Notes: generated by a model from the sequence alone, not told the origin. Counted from the stretch's first letter, positions 20,706 through 30,475 are shown. The stretch is DNA of 64,000 bases from an uncultured Candidatus Entotheonella sp. (GCA_965217185.1 OZ244252.1:1888001-1952000), one strand, 5' to 3'. Program-made: numbers and translations.

Positions 20706-21983
20706 CTACCTCGCGGCCTTTTCGAAATCGATCTTCTCGTCGACCGGCAGCCCCTGCAACAACCGCCGCACGCTATCGAGCGCCATCTCAATCGCCCCCA
20801 GCCGCACCCAATCGCGTCCACCGGCCAGATAGCTACAGCGCCCCGCAGCGCCGTCTTCCGTGGAGATGGCGAGCGCAATGGTGCCGCCTTCTTCGCGGCC
20901 ATCGGCGTCGGCCTGCATGGCCACCAAGACCGATAACCCGTGCGAGGCACCGCTTTGCCGCCGGGCTGCCCCGGCCACGGATGCGGCCAGTTCCGCTGTC
21001 GGCGTGCCATCCGGCAGCGCCTCGGTCATCGACAATGCCGCGGCCAATTCCGCGCCGCTGCACGCCACCGTGCCACGGCGAAACACCGCTTCGGCGCCAG
21101 GCAACGCCGCCAAACGCGCTGCCACCTGCCCGCCGGTCAGCGTTTCGGCCACCGCAAAGGTCGCCTGCCGGTCAGTCAGTTGCGACAACACCACACCCTC
21201 CAACGTTTCGTCGTCTTCGGCCAGAATGAAGTTGCCGAGGCGTCGCCGAACCTCCTGCTCCACCGGCGCCAACTTCGCCGCCATGTCCGCCTGATCAAGC
21301 CCGCGCACCGTGAGCTTGGTCTCCAATTGCGGGTAATGGGCCCGAAAGCCGAGCTTCACGCTGCCCTCCGGCGCCAAGGCCGCCACACCGTCGAGCAAAG
21401 CATCGACGTGCGATTCCCCCAGCCCGAAGGAGTGAAACCGTTTCAGGTGAATCACCGCCTGGCTGCCGCTGCGCTGAAGGAGACGCGGAAGAATTTCGTG
21501 CTCCAGCATGGGCCGCAATTCGCGTGGCACACCGGGCGTGAAATAAAACCGCGCCTTTCCAATGGTGGCACCGAAGCCGCACGCCGTGCCCACTCGATTG
21601 TCAACGAGCTCGGCCCCAACGGGCAGCATGGCCTGCTTGACGTTGTTCGGCGACATCGTGCGTCCGCGCCGCGCGAACATTTCTTTCATGCGCGCCAACC
21701 AGCCCTCGTGCAGTTCCAGCTCCACCCCCGCCGCCTGCGCCGCCACCTCCTGCGACAGGTCGTCAACGGTCGGCCCCAGCCCCCCATTGACAATCACCGA
21801 ATCGGCCCTCTCACCTGCGGCCCGGAACGCCTGCAACAAATCCTCACGGTCGTCGCCAACGGTCGTCTCCCATTTGACGGACAAACCATGATCTTCGAGC
21901 TTCTGGGTGATGTACGTGAAGTTTGTGTTCACGATCTTACCCGTCAATACCTCGTCGCCTGTGCAGATAACCTCGATGCGCAT
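20706..21983 (-). CDS. cinA: CinA family protein (MoCF-like domain plus degenerate PncC domain)
   Basis: MRIEVICTGDEVLTGKIVNTN, GGLGPTVDDL, PGVPRE and FGLGES motifs; AETLTGG C-terminal domain. Confidence 0.88.
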   Translation of the reverse strand: MRIEVICTGDEVLTGKIVNTNFTYITQKLEDHGLSVKWETTVGDDREDLLQAFRAAGERADSVIVNGGLGPTVDDLSQEVAAQAAGVELELHEGWLARMKEMFARRGRTMSPNNVKQAMLPVGAELVDNRVGTACGFGATIGKARFYFTPGVPRELRPMLEHEILPRLLQRSGSQAVIHLKRFHSFGLGESHVDALLDGVAALAPEGSVKLGFRAHYPQLETKLTVRGLDQADMAAKLAPVEQEVRRRLGNFILAEDDETLEGVVLSQLTDRQATFAVAETLTGGQVAARLAALPGAEAVFRRGTVACSGAELAAALSMTEALPDGTPTAELAASVAGAARRQSGASHGLSVLVAMQADADGREEGGTIALAISTEDGAAGRCSYLAGGRDWVRLGAIEMALDSVRRLLQGLPVDEKIDFEKAAR

Positions 21984-22044
21984 GATGCTCCCTGTATGGT
22001 TCAAGTAAAGAGCGGCTTTGAGAAGCAGTCTGGAATAGGCCCCA

Positions 22045-23835
22045 TCACCTGTTTGGCGGTTCGAGACCGAAGAGACCGAAAATTTCCTCACTGCTTAATC
22101 TTGCAGATAAATTTATGGACACGTCGTCAATGAGTTGATCGAATAAGTCCTGTTTGCGTTTCAGAATCTCGTCGATCCTTTCCTCAATGGTGCTTGTGCA
22201 GGCATACTTGATCACGTTCACCTTGGCCGTCTGCCCGAAGCGATGGCTCCTGTCCTCAGCTTGATGCTCGACAGCGGGATTCCACCAGCGGTCCAGGTGG
22301 AACACGTACGACGCCGCCTGCAGGTTCAAGCCCACGCCGCCCGCCCGCAGGGAGAGCACCAAGGCTTTGTACTGGTCAGTCGTTGTGAAACGGTCAATGA
22401 TACTTGTCCGCTGGCTCTGGTCCATGTCGCCTGTGAGAGTTAACGGGTTGAACGCTTCCAGGTAGCTGGCCGCTGCCGCAACACCGAACGCTGCGCTGAT
22501 ATATTGCGAGAAGACCAGGGCCCGGTGCCCCTGCGCTACCAGTTGTCCCAATCGATCCCTGATATCTTTCAATTTGCTCGAATGGCCTGTTTCCGGGTCC
22601 GCGTTGCAGATTTGCTTCAGCCGCGTAATCAATTCAAGCACGTGTTGGACACGTGCTTCACGGCCAAGGGACTTCAGATAGACAATACCCTCACGCTCGG
22701 CCCTGTCATAACTTTCCTTCTGCCTGGTGTGCAAGGGAATGAGTACCTTCGTCACCTGCTTGGGCGGCAGGTCATCCAGGACATCACTCTTTTTTCGCCT
22801 GAGTTGCAATTGCCGATGACGATGCAACAATTCGACCCCGGGCCGATAATGCCTGGACGAGGTGAGACCAATATGGTCTACGAATTCGAGGATGGAAGCC
22901 AACTCCTCTTCATCGTTCTCAAGAGGCGTTCCGGTCAGCGCCCAGGAGCGTCGTCTTTGCAAACCCTTCAGGGCACCACTGGTTGCGTTCCGGTTCTTGA
23001 TTCGCTGTGCCTCGTCGGCTATCACCACATCCCAGATTTTTCTCCGCACCGGCGCTCGTTTATTGCCGCCATAATCCGACCTCAAGGTCTCATAACTCAC
23101 CAACGTCACGTGTACCTTTGCTTCCCATTGCCACGCACGATCGGCTATCGAACCGCGTACGATGATGGCTCGTAGCTCCGGCGCCCATTTTTCGAGCTCC
23201 CGGCGCCATTGGTCCAAAAGACCTGCCGGGCCTACCACCAATGCGGAATCGATCACACGTTGGGCACAGAGAATCCGCACCGCGGCGATGGCCTGAAGCG
23301 TCTTGCCAAGCCCCATGTCGTCAGCCAGCAACAGCCGCTCGCTGTTGATTAGAGCCCGCACCCCTTCCTTCTGGAACTGCATGAGGTCACCCGGCCACTT
23401 CAGGCCGGTATCCGGACCCCGCAGCAGGAATTCGAGGGGTAGGACAAGCACCCTTCGCAACCGCTCCGCTAATGAAGAGCGCGAACCCTCGCCGGAGTTG
23501 CGGGCGCGGTTGTTTGGGCGGGACGAGGAACCCGATGATGGACGCTCAGCCTGCGAAGTGCCGGTCCATGATAACTGTTCTCGCAAAGCCGACAGGGCTA
23601 CGACCCGGACCGGTTCAGGAACACTGGCAGCAGGTTGGGACAGCCAAGTCACCGGCGCCGGCGTATAGGACAGAGGCGGGATGGCCTCTACGGGTTCGGG
23701 TATCGAAGCGGACGGGGCAATGCGCGAAGGCGAAGGTGGCGGCGGCTCCGCCTCCGCTCCGGGCCGAAAAAGGCGTTGGAAAAGGGAGCGCCTTTTTTCC
23801 TGATGTGCCGGCTGCCACCACATAATAACGATCAC
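22045..23835 (-). CDS. SNF2-family helicase/ATPase
   Basis: LLADDMGLGKT, DEAQRIKN, LTGTPLEN, GGVGLNL and WWNPAVEHQAEDRSHRFGQ motifs; Pro/Ser-rich N-terminus. Confidence 0.93.
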   Translation of the reverse strand: MIVIMWWQPAHQEKRRSLFQRLFRPGAEAEPPPPSPSRIAPSASIPEPVEAIPPLSYTPAPVTWLSQPAASVPEPVRVVALSALREQLSWTGTSQAERPSSGSSSRPNNRARNSGEGSRSSLAERLRRVLVLPLEFLLRGPDTGLKWPGDLMQFQKEGVRALINSERLLLADDMGLGKTLQAIAAVRILCAQRVIDSALVVGPAGLLDQWRRELEKWAPELRAIIVRGSIADRAWQWEAKVHVTLVSYETLRSDYGGNKRAPVRRKIWDVVIADEAQRIKNRNATSGALKGLQRRRSWALTGTPLENDEEELASILEFVDHIGLTSSRHYRPGVELLHRHRQLQLRRKKSDVLDDLPPKQVTKVLIPLHTRQKESYDRAEREGIVYLKSLGREARVQHVLELITRLKQICNADPETGHSSKLKDIRDRLGQLVAQGHRALVFSQYISAAFGVAAAASYLEAFNPLTLTGDMDQSQRTSIIDRFTTTDQYKALVLSLRAGGVGLNLQAASYVFHLDRWWNPAVEHQAEDRSHRFGQTAKVNVIKYACTSTIEERIDEILKRKQDLFDQLIDDVSINLSARLSSEEIFGLFGLEPPNR

Positions 23836-24386
23836 CTGCCGTTGAAGGCTTCTTCCAGGCCGGCGGCGGCTCTCTCAAAAGGCTCAAGCGGGTCGTGCCG
23901 GTGCATGAAGCCATGCAGAAGTCGTATCGCCTCCGACTCGTCGCCGGGCTGTTCCGTCACCCATGTCAGGCGCACCTCCGCGGCCGATTGAGAAACTGTC
24001 GTAGCAGCTTGTACCGGTGCCGCGGAAGGGGCAATCAGACAGAGAGGCACCTGCACCTGAATATCGGTCAAGAACAGCTGAGATGGTATTTCATCGGCAA
24101 GACCAAGAATCAGCACGGGGACCCGGTCTACGGCCTGAAAGAGAACCTTGATGAGAGACGCTACGGCCTGCTGTCGAGCGTCGTCCCGGCGCCACAAAAA
24201 CGAGTGGCGGACATCAATACGGGTGAAACAGAAATCCAGTGGTTCACCCCGTCCGGAGGTCAGAAAAAGGGCGCCCCTGATGCCTTGTCCACCGGCTTCA
24301 TCCACGAACCGCAGAAAACCCACGGCTCCGGTGGGCTCACCCTCCCTAAGGTCCTCGAATGGAACTGGCAATTCGGTATTCCTCAA
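23832..24386 (-). CDS. Hypothetical protein of the DUF2791-SNF2 operon
   Basis: 184 aa globular-looking ORF whose stop overlaps the SNF2 start (GTGA). Confidence 0.7.
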   Translation of the reverse strand: MRNTELPVPFEDLREGEPTGAVGFLRFVDEAGGQGIRGALFLTSGRGEPLDFCFTRIDVRHSFLWRRDDARQQAVASLIKVLFQAVDRVPVLILGLADEIPSQLFLTDIQVQVPLCLIAPSAAPVQAATTVSQSAAEVRLTWVTEQPGDESEAIRLLHGFMHRHDPLEPFERAAAGLEEAFNGR

Positions 24387-24403
24387 GGGAAATTACGACG
24401 GGA

Positions 24404-25681
24404 TCATCTCGTGTCGTCCGCCTCGTCTTCGGCTTCCCGCGTCAGCTCGGGGTCCTCATGATAACCAGGTCGGTAATCGATCCCCTCTGTTTCAGGCCGG
24501 GAATTCGGATACAGGCGCATCAAGTCCCATTCATTGATTGCAGCTCGGACCTTATATCTCATCCTGCTGCGATGACCCGCCCCGCCCGCCACGCTCTCCG
24601 CTCGCGGTGCCTCCCAGGCGTAGGCAATGCTGTAGATGTGCCGCAGCTTTTCGACCGTCGCCGTCACATCTTCAGCGGTCGGCGGCTCCAACGGGATGGT
24701 CTCCCGTTCGAGTATGCGCATACCCGTTTCAGCCCTGGCTGCAACGCCGTCTTCCCCGCGAGAACGCAGCCAGTGACCAACGTAGTCGCGGTCTTGTTTG
24801 CCGCCTACGCCCAAAATAGCGGCCGCGAAGTCGTCCGTCACGGTGCCAACGACAACCAGCCCTGGGTAAACCTCGCCGGGAACCTTCCCCAGCCAGCGGG
24901 CCAACTCTGCGTAGGATCTGGCTCTTTGCAGCCGGCTGTAAAAACCGACCAATTCAATTTCGTCCAACAGGACGACCCAGCCCTGATAACCTGCCCCTCT
25001 GATCAGTTCCGTTGTGAACCGCAATCGTTGTGGCGACAACTCACTCGCTTTCGGCGCTTTGAAGGCATAGTTTTGTAATTGGCCTATCGCTCTGAGTCCG
25101 TTCTTGACCCTGGAAACCGTCATCCGCCCGCCTGACCAGAAGCCTCTGATATCGCTGATCAGTTCCGGGTCATTTGCCTTTTCATGGACGGCCAGCGTCG
25201 CCGGGAATATACGATGCAGCCCGTTTCGCTCGGAGTCGGCCCATTCGAAAAAACCCGAGTAGGACTCTGAATTTTCGTGCAGCCCGAGCCCGATTTCTTC
25301 CATCAACTGCCCGGAGCGGTCCGGCATGCGTCCTTGGTCTACTGCGGATTTGAAAACCTTACCCAGGTCATACAGGGGTGTTTCTTTGCTGACAGCCACC
25401 CGACTGCAGACAAACCCTTGCGATAACGCCTGATGTTCGAGATAGGAAAGCAGGTGGGATTTCCCCGAACCGAAACCGCCGGCGACCAGCATGCCCAGAG
25501 AGCTGGAAGGGGGATTCTGCTGATCCGCACTCTGCCGAAGGAGCGTGGTGAATTGATTTTCCGCCTGCGGCTGATGACACCCCAGTACCTTTACCGCTTC
25601 CTGGTTGGGCACCCCGCTCCGCAAGGCTTCCAACGCCCGCCGGTAGGTAAGGGCGAGTTTTCCATCCATGTCCGTCTCCAT
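24404..25681 (-). CDS. DUF2791/BrxD-like P-loop ATPase
   Basis: RRALEALRSGVP N-terminus typical of DUF2791; Walker A GGFGSGKSH; Walker B VVLLDEIE. Confidence 0.85.
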   Translation of the reverse strand: METDMDGKLALTYRRALEALRSGVPNQEAVKVLGCHQPQAENQFTTLLRQSADQQNPPSSSLGMLVAGGFGSGKSHLLSYLEHQALSQGFVCSRVAVSKETPLYDLGKVFKSAVDQGRMPDRSGQLMEEIGLGLHENSESYSGFFEWADSERNGLHRIFPATLAVHEKANDPELISDIRGFWSGGRMTVSRVKNGLRAIGQLQNYAFKAPKASELSPQRLRFTTELIRGAGYQGWVVLLDEIELVGFYSRLQRARSYAELARWLGKVPGEVYPGLVVVGTVTDDFAAAILGVGGKQDRDYVGHWLRSRGEDGVAARAETGMRILERETIPLEPPTAEDVTATVEKLRHIYSIAYAWEAPRAESVAGGAGHRSRMRYKVRAAINEWDLMRLYPNSRPETEGIDYRPGYHEDPELTREAEDEADDTR

Positions 25682-25694
25682 GGGTGGGCTCTCC

Positions 25695-26651
25695 TCAGGA
25701 TAATCGCACCAGGGAAGCCATGGGATTCACCTGGTTCTTATCGTGGACGTCATCCATGATTCGCGTCATGAGGGCTTGATAGATGTGATACCCCTTGGGA
25801 CCGGATTCATCAAGGAAGTCGTAATTGGTTACGACGACCATCAAAGCCCCCGTCAGTTGGTCCGTTGTATCAACGAATTCTCTCAAAACCTCGTAATGGT
25901 CCATTGCCATAGCCCGAGTGTAGTGCCTGAATCCGTCTCTTGGATTGCGGGCAAGGGTGACGCGGGAGTTGTCGAACAGGATGACGGTTCCGGCATAGCC
26001 CACGTACCGGAACCAATAGAGAGCCGATTCAATGAAATGCCTCGCCGTCGTCCGATTGATACCGGTATAAATCGAAAAAGACTTCACGTGACTCACTCTC
26101 GTGACCATGCCGGTCAGCCAATCGATTAACGGCTGGCCAACATAGGAATCATAGCCGCGCATATTCTCACATTGGCAGAAATGGGACATCGCAAGCCTGA
26201 AGTCTTTCGCCATGTGACGATTTTTGGCGACTTCGCTGTCGATAAACGGCCGCAACTCCCTGTAAATCGATTCGGACTCAAGCGCGTTTGCCTCCCCGAC
26301 GGCTGCGAAGGGATTGCGGTTCTGATGGGGATCAATGTGATCGACCCGGTAGCCCCTCTCTTTAGCCAGCTTCAGAATTAGGCGGCGAGCCGACAAACGC
26401 CAATCCACCTGGTTCGCCATCCCGAAGAAGATGTCCTGCGGCATGTGAACCCGGCTCGCCACCGCATCGAGTTTGACCACCACGTAACCCGATGCCCGGC
26501 ATTGGCTTTCCAGGGCTTCATACAGTGCCGGCTTCAGGCCCTCCCGCGTCACGGCAAACTTGATGGACGCGCCGCCGTCTCTGATAAAAGACGACAGGTA
26601 TTCGGAATCCATAAACCGCAGCCACTCGTGCAGCGGCATGGTGTTTGCCAT
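25695..26651 (-). CDS. DUF2791/BrxD-like protein with degenerate Walker motifs
   Basis: EYLSSFIRDGGASIKF, GYAGTVILFD and YQALMTRI follow the BrxD pattern, but GxGKT is absent and Walker B reads FDNS. Confidence 0.7.
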   Translation of the reverse strand: MANTMPLHEWLRFMDSEYLSSFIRDGGASIKFAVTREGLKPALYEALESQCRASGYVVVKLDAVASRVHMPQDIFFGMANQVDWRLSARRLILKLAKERGYRVDHIDPHQNRNPFAAVGEANALESESIYRELRPFIDSEVAKNRHMAKDFRLAMSHFCQCENMRGYDSYVGQPLIDWLTGMVTRVSHVKSFSIYTGINRTTARHFIESALYWFRYVGYAGTVILFDNSRVTLARNPRDGFRHYTRAMAMDHYEVLREFVDTTDQLTGALMVVVTNYDFLDESGPKGYHIYQALMTRIMDDVHDKNQVNPMASLVRLS

Positions 26652-27436
26652 TATTCGCCCCCGAAAAACTGAATACCGTAATACGTAATGACTTGTCCAT
26701 CGGGACCTACAAAGGGGAAGATGCCCCTCGCGCTCCGGGTCCCCGTGGAAGACGGAAACGAAACTCGTGCCCCTGATTTGGTATGGCTCGGCCCGTTGCT
26801 TTCCAGGAAATACAGGCTCCTGGCAAACTCCGTCTTGTCGTACTCACGGCTACTCCCCGGCAGGCAGGTAAAAATCTCGTAGATTCTGGCCAGCGGCATC
26901 ACAGGCTCTTTGAGCAAATCGGCGGATTCCGCAAACTGCCTGTAGACCTTGTAAAGAGATTCCAGAAACGCCTCTGACCTGAAGCGAGGCTGTTTCTTCT
27001 GGTTGTTCACCAAAATCTCGGCGAGGTAGGACGGTCTTAACGTCGAAACCTTCTTCTTGTCGATGCCGATAGCGTGGTCGCCGGGGAAAATGCGAACGAT
27101 AGACGGATAGGAGATCAATCTGCCATCCCGTTCATAGACGGCCAGACCGTTTTTCTCCGCAATGCTCTGTAGTTCGACCGCGTAATGCTCCCTGAGATAT
27201 TCCGCCTCCCCGCCGTCCTCGAAAGGCCAAGTTGCAACGGCGTTTGCCACCTCCTGACGGAGTGCATCCAAGGCGTCATCCAACCTGGAAGCAGCCCTTT
27301 TGATGGCGGCGACGTTCCCCTCTTTGGCCGCCTTTTGCAGCGATCTGGCCAGCTTTGCAAGCTCCGTCGCAGATTTCAGGGTCGAAGCGGCAGCCGCCTC
27401 CGTATCATGGCAGGCCTGCTCAAAGCTCGTCGTCAT
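26651..27436 (-). CDS. Hypothetical protein (N-terminal coiled coil, C-terminal wHTH-like)
   Basis: GAGGGGAG RBS; helical N-terminus; stop overlaps the next start (TAATG). Confidence 0.75.
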   Translation of the reverse strand: MTTSFEQACHDTEAAAASTLKSATELAKLARSLQKAAKEGNVAAIKRAASRLDDALDALRQEVANAVATWPFEDGGEAEYLREHYAVELQSIAEKNGLAVYERDGRLISYPSIVRIFPGDHAIGIDKKKVSTLRPSYLAEILVNNQKKQPRFRSEAFLESLYKVYRQFAESADLLKEPVMPLARIYEIFTCLPGSSREYDKTEFARSLYFLESNGPSHTKSGARVSFPSSTGTRSARGIFPFVGPDGQVITYYGIQFFGGE

Positions 27437-27569
27437 GCTCCCCTCGCTTTCGTTCATGATGCCAAGTCCGGCCCCACTGGGCGTTACGGGCAAGGTTCTT
27501 CCGTTGACAGTCTGGTTCGCGGTATCAAGCCGCGGCCTCGTGCGGCTTCTGCCCAGCCGTTCACCGCCG

Positions 27570-28706
27570 CTACCCCGCTCGGCGCGCCACCACGAACGAC
27601 TCGTCGGTGAACCACAGGGATTGGTATTTCTGCAGCACGGACTGGGTAGCTTGCAGGTAAGCGCCCTGGCTCATGGCCTGCTGCAGCATGTCGTCCTCGA
27701 TCTGGGCGACGTAAATGGCGGCGTTCCAGGCAGCGAGGAGAGTGGAGGTGCCGATGTTGTTGGTGATTTCCCATGGCTGGGTGTGCAGGAGGTAATTGAA
27801 CTCGGAGCGCGCTTTGTTGTAGGGCTGGTAAGTCAGGTCCGGTTCGCTCTCCTGCAATTGGCTGCGCAATTCCTTGAGCAGGCCTTGGCGCGGGGTGCGA
27901 AAGGGATCCTCCTCGGGCCACACGGCGCGGATGATCTCCATGCCGGGATCGCGTCCGGTGGACTGGAAGGTCACCAACCGGCCGCCGGGCGCCAGACTGC
28001 GGGCCAGCGGCGCCAGGACGTTGCGGACCTTGAGCGGTGCGGGCAGGCGGGCGCGAAAAGGCTGCGATGCGATGACGAGGTCGTATTCGTGATTCTGCTG
28101 ACCCGGCTGCGGGATGATCGGATCGAGAACGAATTTATGGTCTTCGCGGTACAGAATCAGCACCGACGGCGTCACATACAGCGGATTGCCGGTGCGCTGG
28201 CTCGTCGTGGCCTGCCAGCCCTCGCGCAGATAGCTTTGCAGCTCGTTGATCTGCTGGTTGAACTCATACGCCGTGGTGCCTTGCAGGGGAATATCCCACC
28301 AGTTCAGCTTGGCCTGCATGGCCGGGTTGCGCGGCTGCAGCCGCGGCGCCTCGGAGTAGAACATGTTGGTGACGACCAGCACCGTCTGCGGGTGCTCGAA
28401 AAAACGGTCGCCCATACGCCCCAGGCTGATGCGCACGTCTTCCAGGCTGACTTCCTTGCCGACCACCAGAAAGGGGATGGTGGGAAAGCGGTGGTGCAAC
28501 TGCCGCATCACCTGGCTGAGCACGGTGGCGTCGCCCATGCCGGCATCGAAGACCCGCAGGGCGGGAGGCACCGGCCGCAGGTGCTTGAACTCCATGCCAA
28601 CGCGGTCGGCAACAACCCATTTTTCGCTGCACGTGGTCACAAACAACAGGTACTTTTCGCGGTTGTCGAAGAAGCGAAAATGCTGTATGTCAGTAGCGGT
28701 TTCCAT
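27570..28706 (-). CDS. Conserved protein, putative class I SAM-dependent methyltransferase fold
   Basis: LRVFDAGMGDAT motif I-like sequence, YDLVIASQPF, LAPGGRLV. Confidence 0.65.
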   Translation of the reverse strand: METATDIQHFRFFDNREKYLLFVTTCSEKWVVADRVGMEFKHLRPVPPALRVFDAGMGDATVLSQVMRQLHHRFPTIPFLVVGKEVSLEDVRISLGRMGDRFFEHPQTVLVVTNMFYSEAPRLQPRNPAMQAKLNWWDIPLQGTTAYEFNQQINELQSYLREGWQATTSQRTGNPLYVTPSVLILYREDHKFVLDPIIPQPGQQNHEYDLVIASQPFRARLPAPLKVRNVLAPLARSLAPGGRLVTFQSTGRDPGMEIIRAVWPEEDPFRTPRQGLLKELRSQLQESEPDLTYQPYNKARSEFNYLLHTQPWEITNNIGTSTLLAAWNAAIYVAQIEDDMLQQAMSQGAYLQATQSVLQKYQSLWFTDESFVVARRAG

Positions 28707-28871
28707 GCGGTGCGGCCTCTCCTCGAAGGTTTGCGACATGGCGGGTGGTTGTAGCGTAGGGTCGGTTCAAAGTCAACGCCGCCACGCCGCTCGCCCCAGT
28801 CTACGGGACGGCAGGCATCGAACACGTCAACAGCGTCACGCAAGCAGCCCGTGATAGCGGAGGTTTATAAA

Positions 28872-29756
28872 ATGAACGCGCGTCCATTCGTAGAAGTTTT
28901 GGAATCGGGAAAATTTGTCGTCACTGCCGAGTTGAACCCGCCCAAGGGCACCAACCTCGAGCCGCTGTTTGCTCACGCCGAACGACTCAAGGATGACGTC
29001 GACGCGTTCAACCTGACCGATTCGCACAGCGCCCGCATGAGCATGGCCCCTATGGGGGCGGCGTCTCTGCTGGTGCAGCGAGGTATCGAACCGATCATGC
29101 AGGTCACCTGCCGCGACCGCAACCGCATTGCCCTGCAATCCGACCTGCTGGCAGCCCACGCGCTGGGGGTGCGCAACGTGCTGACGATGACCGGCGACAC
29201 CCCAGCGGCCGGCGACCACCCGGACGCCAAAGGCGTGTTCGACGTTGACGGCATCGGCCTGCTGCGGGCCGTTGCCGCCCTGCAATCGGGTCAGGACCTC
29301 GGCGGCCAATCCCTGCGCGGCGCACCTGATTTTTGCGTCGGCGCCGTCGTCAATCCCGGCGCGCCCGACTTGCAAAAGGAACTCGGCCGCATGCGCGACA
29401 AGATGGCCTGTGGCGCCCGCTTCTTCCAAACCCAGGCGGTGTACGATCCGTCAGCATTCGCGGCATTCATGCAGGAGGTGCAGGACGACAAGGCGTCGAT
29501 ACTCGCCAGTTGCATCGTGCTCAGATCGGCGAACATGGCCCGACGGATGAACACCGTGCCGGGTATTTCCATCCCCGAAACCCTGATCCAAGAGATGGAA
29601 GATGCCGCCGATCCGGCACGCCAAGGCATCGCCATCGCCGGACGCATCATTCGGGAGCTCAAGGGCCTGGCCCACGGCATTCACCTCATCGCCATTGGGC
29701 AGGAGAGTCGTATCCCTGATATCCTGGACGAGGCCGGTCTATCCAGTAAGAAATGA
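28872..29756 (+). CDS. metF: Methylenetetrahydrofolate reductase
   Basis: ELNPPKG, QVTCRDRNRIALQSDL, GARFFQTQ and GIHL motifs. Confidence 0.9.
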   Translation: MNARPFVEVLESGKFVVTAELNPPKGTNLEPLFAHAERLKDDVDAFNLTDSHSARMSMAPMGAASLLVQRGIEPIMQVTCRDRNRIALQSDLLAAHALGVRNVLTMTGDTPAAGDHPDAKGVFDVDGIGLLRAVAALQSGQDLGGQSLRGAPDFCVGAVVNPGAPDLQKELGRMRDKMACGARFFQTQAVYDPSAFAAFMQEVQDDKASILASCIVLRSANMARRMNTVPGISIPETLIQEMEDAADPARQGIAIAGRIIRELKGLAHGIHLIAIGQESRIPDILDEAGLSSKK

Positions 29757-29902
29757 CCGCGGCGGTTTACCCCCCCCTCCCGGAAGTCGTGCCCCATTTG
29801 CTTCCCGCCTCATGGTCGTTGGAACCAGTCTGCCAATGTTTTGTTTTTCCTACAGCTACAGGAAAACGCGGCAGAAATTTCCAACTTATTGCAATTTGCC
29901 GA

Positions 29903-29962
29903 TTGACGTTGCAATATCCGTCACGTATCTTAGTTTCAGTTTTAATGCAATTTGCATTAAAA
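29903..29962 (+). promoter_or_regulatory. Sigma70-type promoter and palindromic operator upstream of the MerR-family gene
   Basis: TTGACG (29903)-N17-TATCTT (29926); perfect inverted repeat TTTTAATGCAA-T-TTGCATTAAAA at 29940-29962. Confidence 0.65.
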
Positions 29963-29973
29963 GGAATTCCCGC

Positions 29974-30429
29974 GTGGAATATTACGACAGCCGAACGGTC
30001 GCCACCCAGATCGGCATCCCCTATCGTACTCTCATGTACTGGGTGGAGACGGGGCTGATTCAGCCGCATGCCTACTCTGGACGGCGGCGCACTCCGGTAC
30101 GGTTTTCCGTTGAAGACGTCAAGGAGGTCGGTCGCTTGGCGCAGTTACGAAAATACCTCCGGGGACAGTCACTACGAGATGTCCTCAATAGGCTGCGCAA
30201 CATGGGACCTAACCCACTGTCGCAGGGTGATTTTCTGGTGCTGGAAAATCGCAAGGGCCAGCGCAACGTGATCAAGATCATGCAGAACAACGAAGCCATT
30301 CAACTTCTGAACGCCCAACCGGACAGCCAGTTGCGGCTCATCCCCCTCACTGGAGACGAAGTGCAGGACGCCATTTCGGCGGGGCGGCAGGAAGTATTGT
30401 TCAGCACGCTGGAGGACGACGCGCCGTAG
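29974..30429 (+). CDS. MerR-family HTH transcriptional regulator
   Basis: GTG start after AAGGA; VATQIGIPYRTLMYWVETGLIQP...RFSVEDV. Confidence 0.8.
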   Translation: MEYYDSRTVATQIGIPYRTLMYWVETGLIQPHAYSGRRRTPVRFSVEDVKEVGRLAQLRKYLRGQSLRDVLNRLRNMGPNPLSQGDFLVLENRKGQRNVIKIMQNNEAIQLLNAQPDSQLRLIPLTGDEVQDAISAGRQEVLFSTLEDDAP

Positions 30430-30475
30430 CGCGCCGAGGAGCCTGAACGGGCGGAAATTTAGGGAAGGACATACC

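Noticed and set aside
22045..27436. Calling the operon BREX or Shango
   Set aside because: No pglZ, pglX, brxC or TerB-domain gene is present, and the helicase is SNF2-type.
27300..28754. 484-aa plus-strand ORF and similar long antisense ORFs (e.g. 5576-6892, 45647-46903, 51286-52485, 55090-56319)
   Set aside because: These are shadow ORFs opposite well-supported genes, as expected in high-GC DNA.
28741..28871. SAM or other riboswitch upstream of metF
   Set aside because: No consensus elements were recognisable by eye; an Rfam/Infernal scan would be needed.
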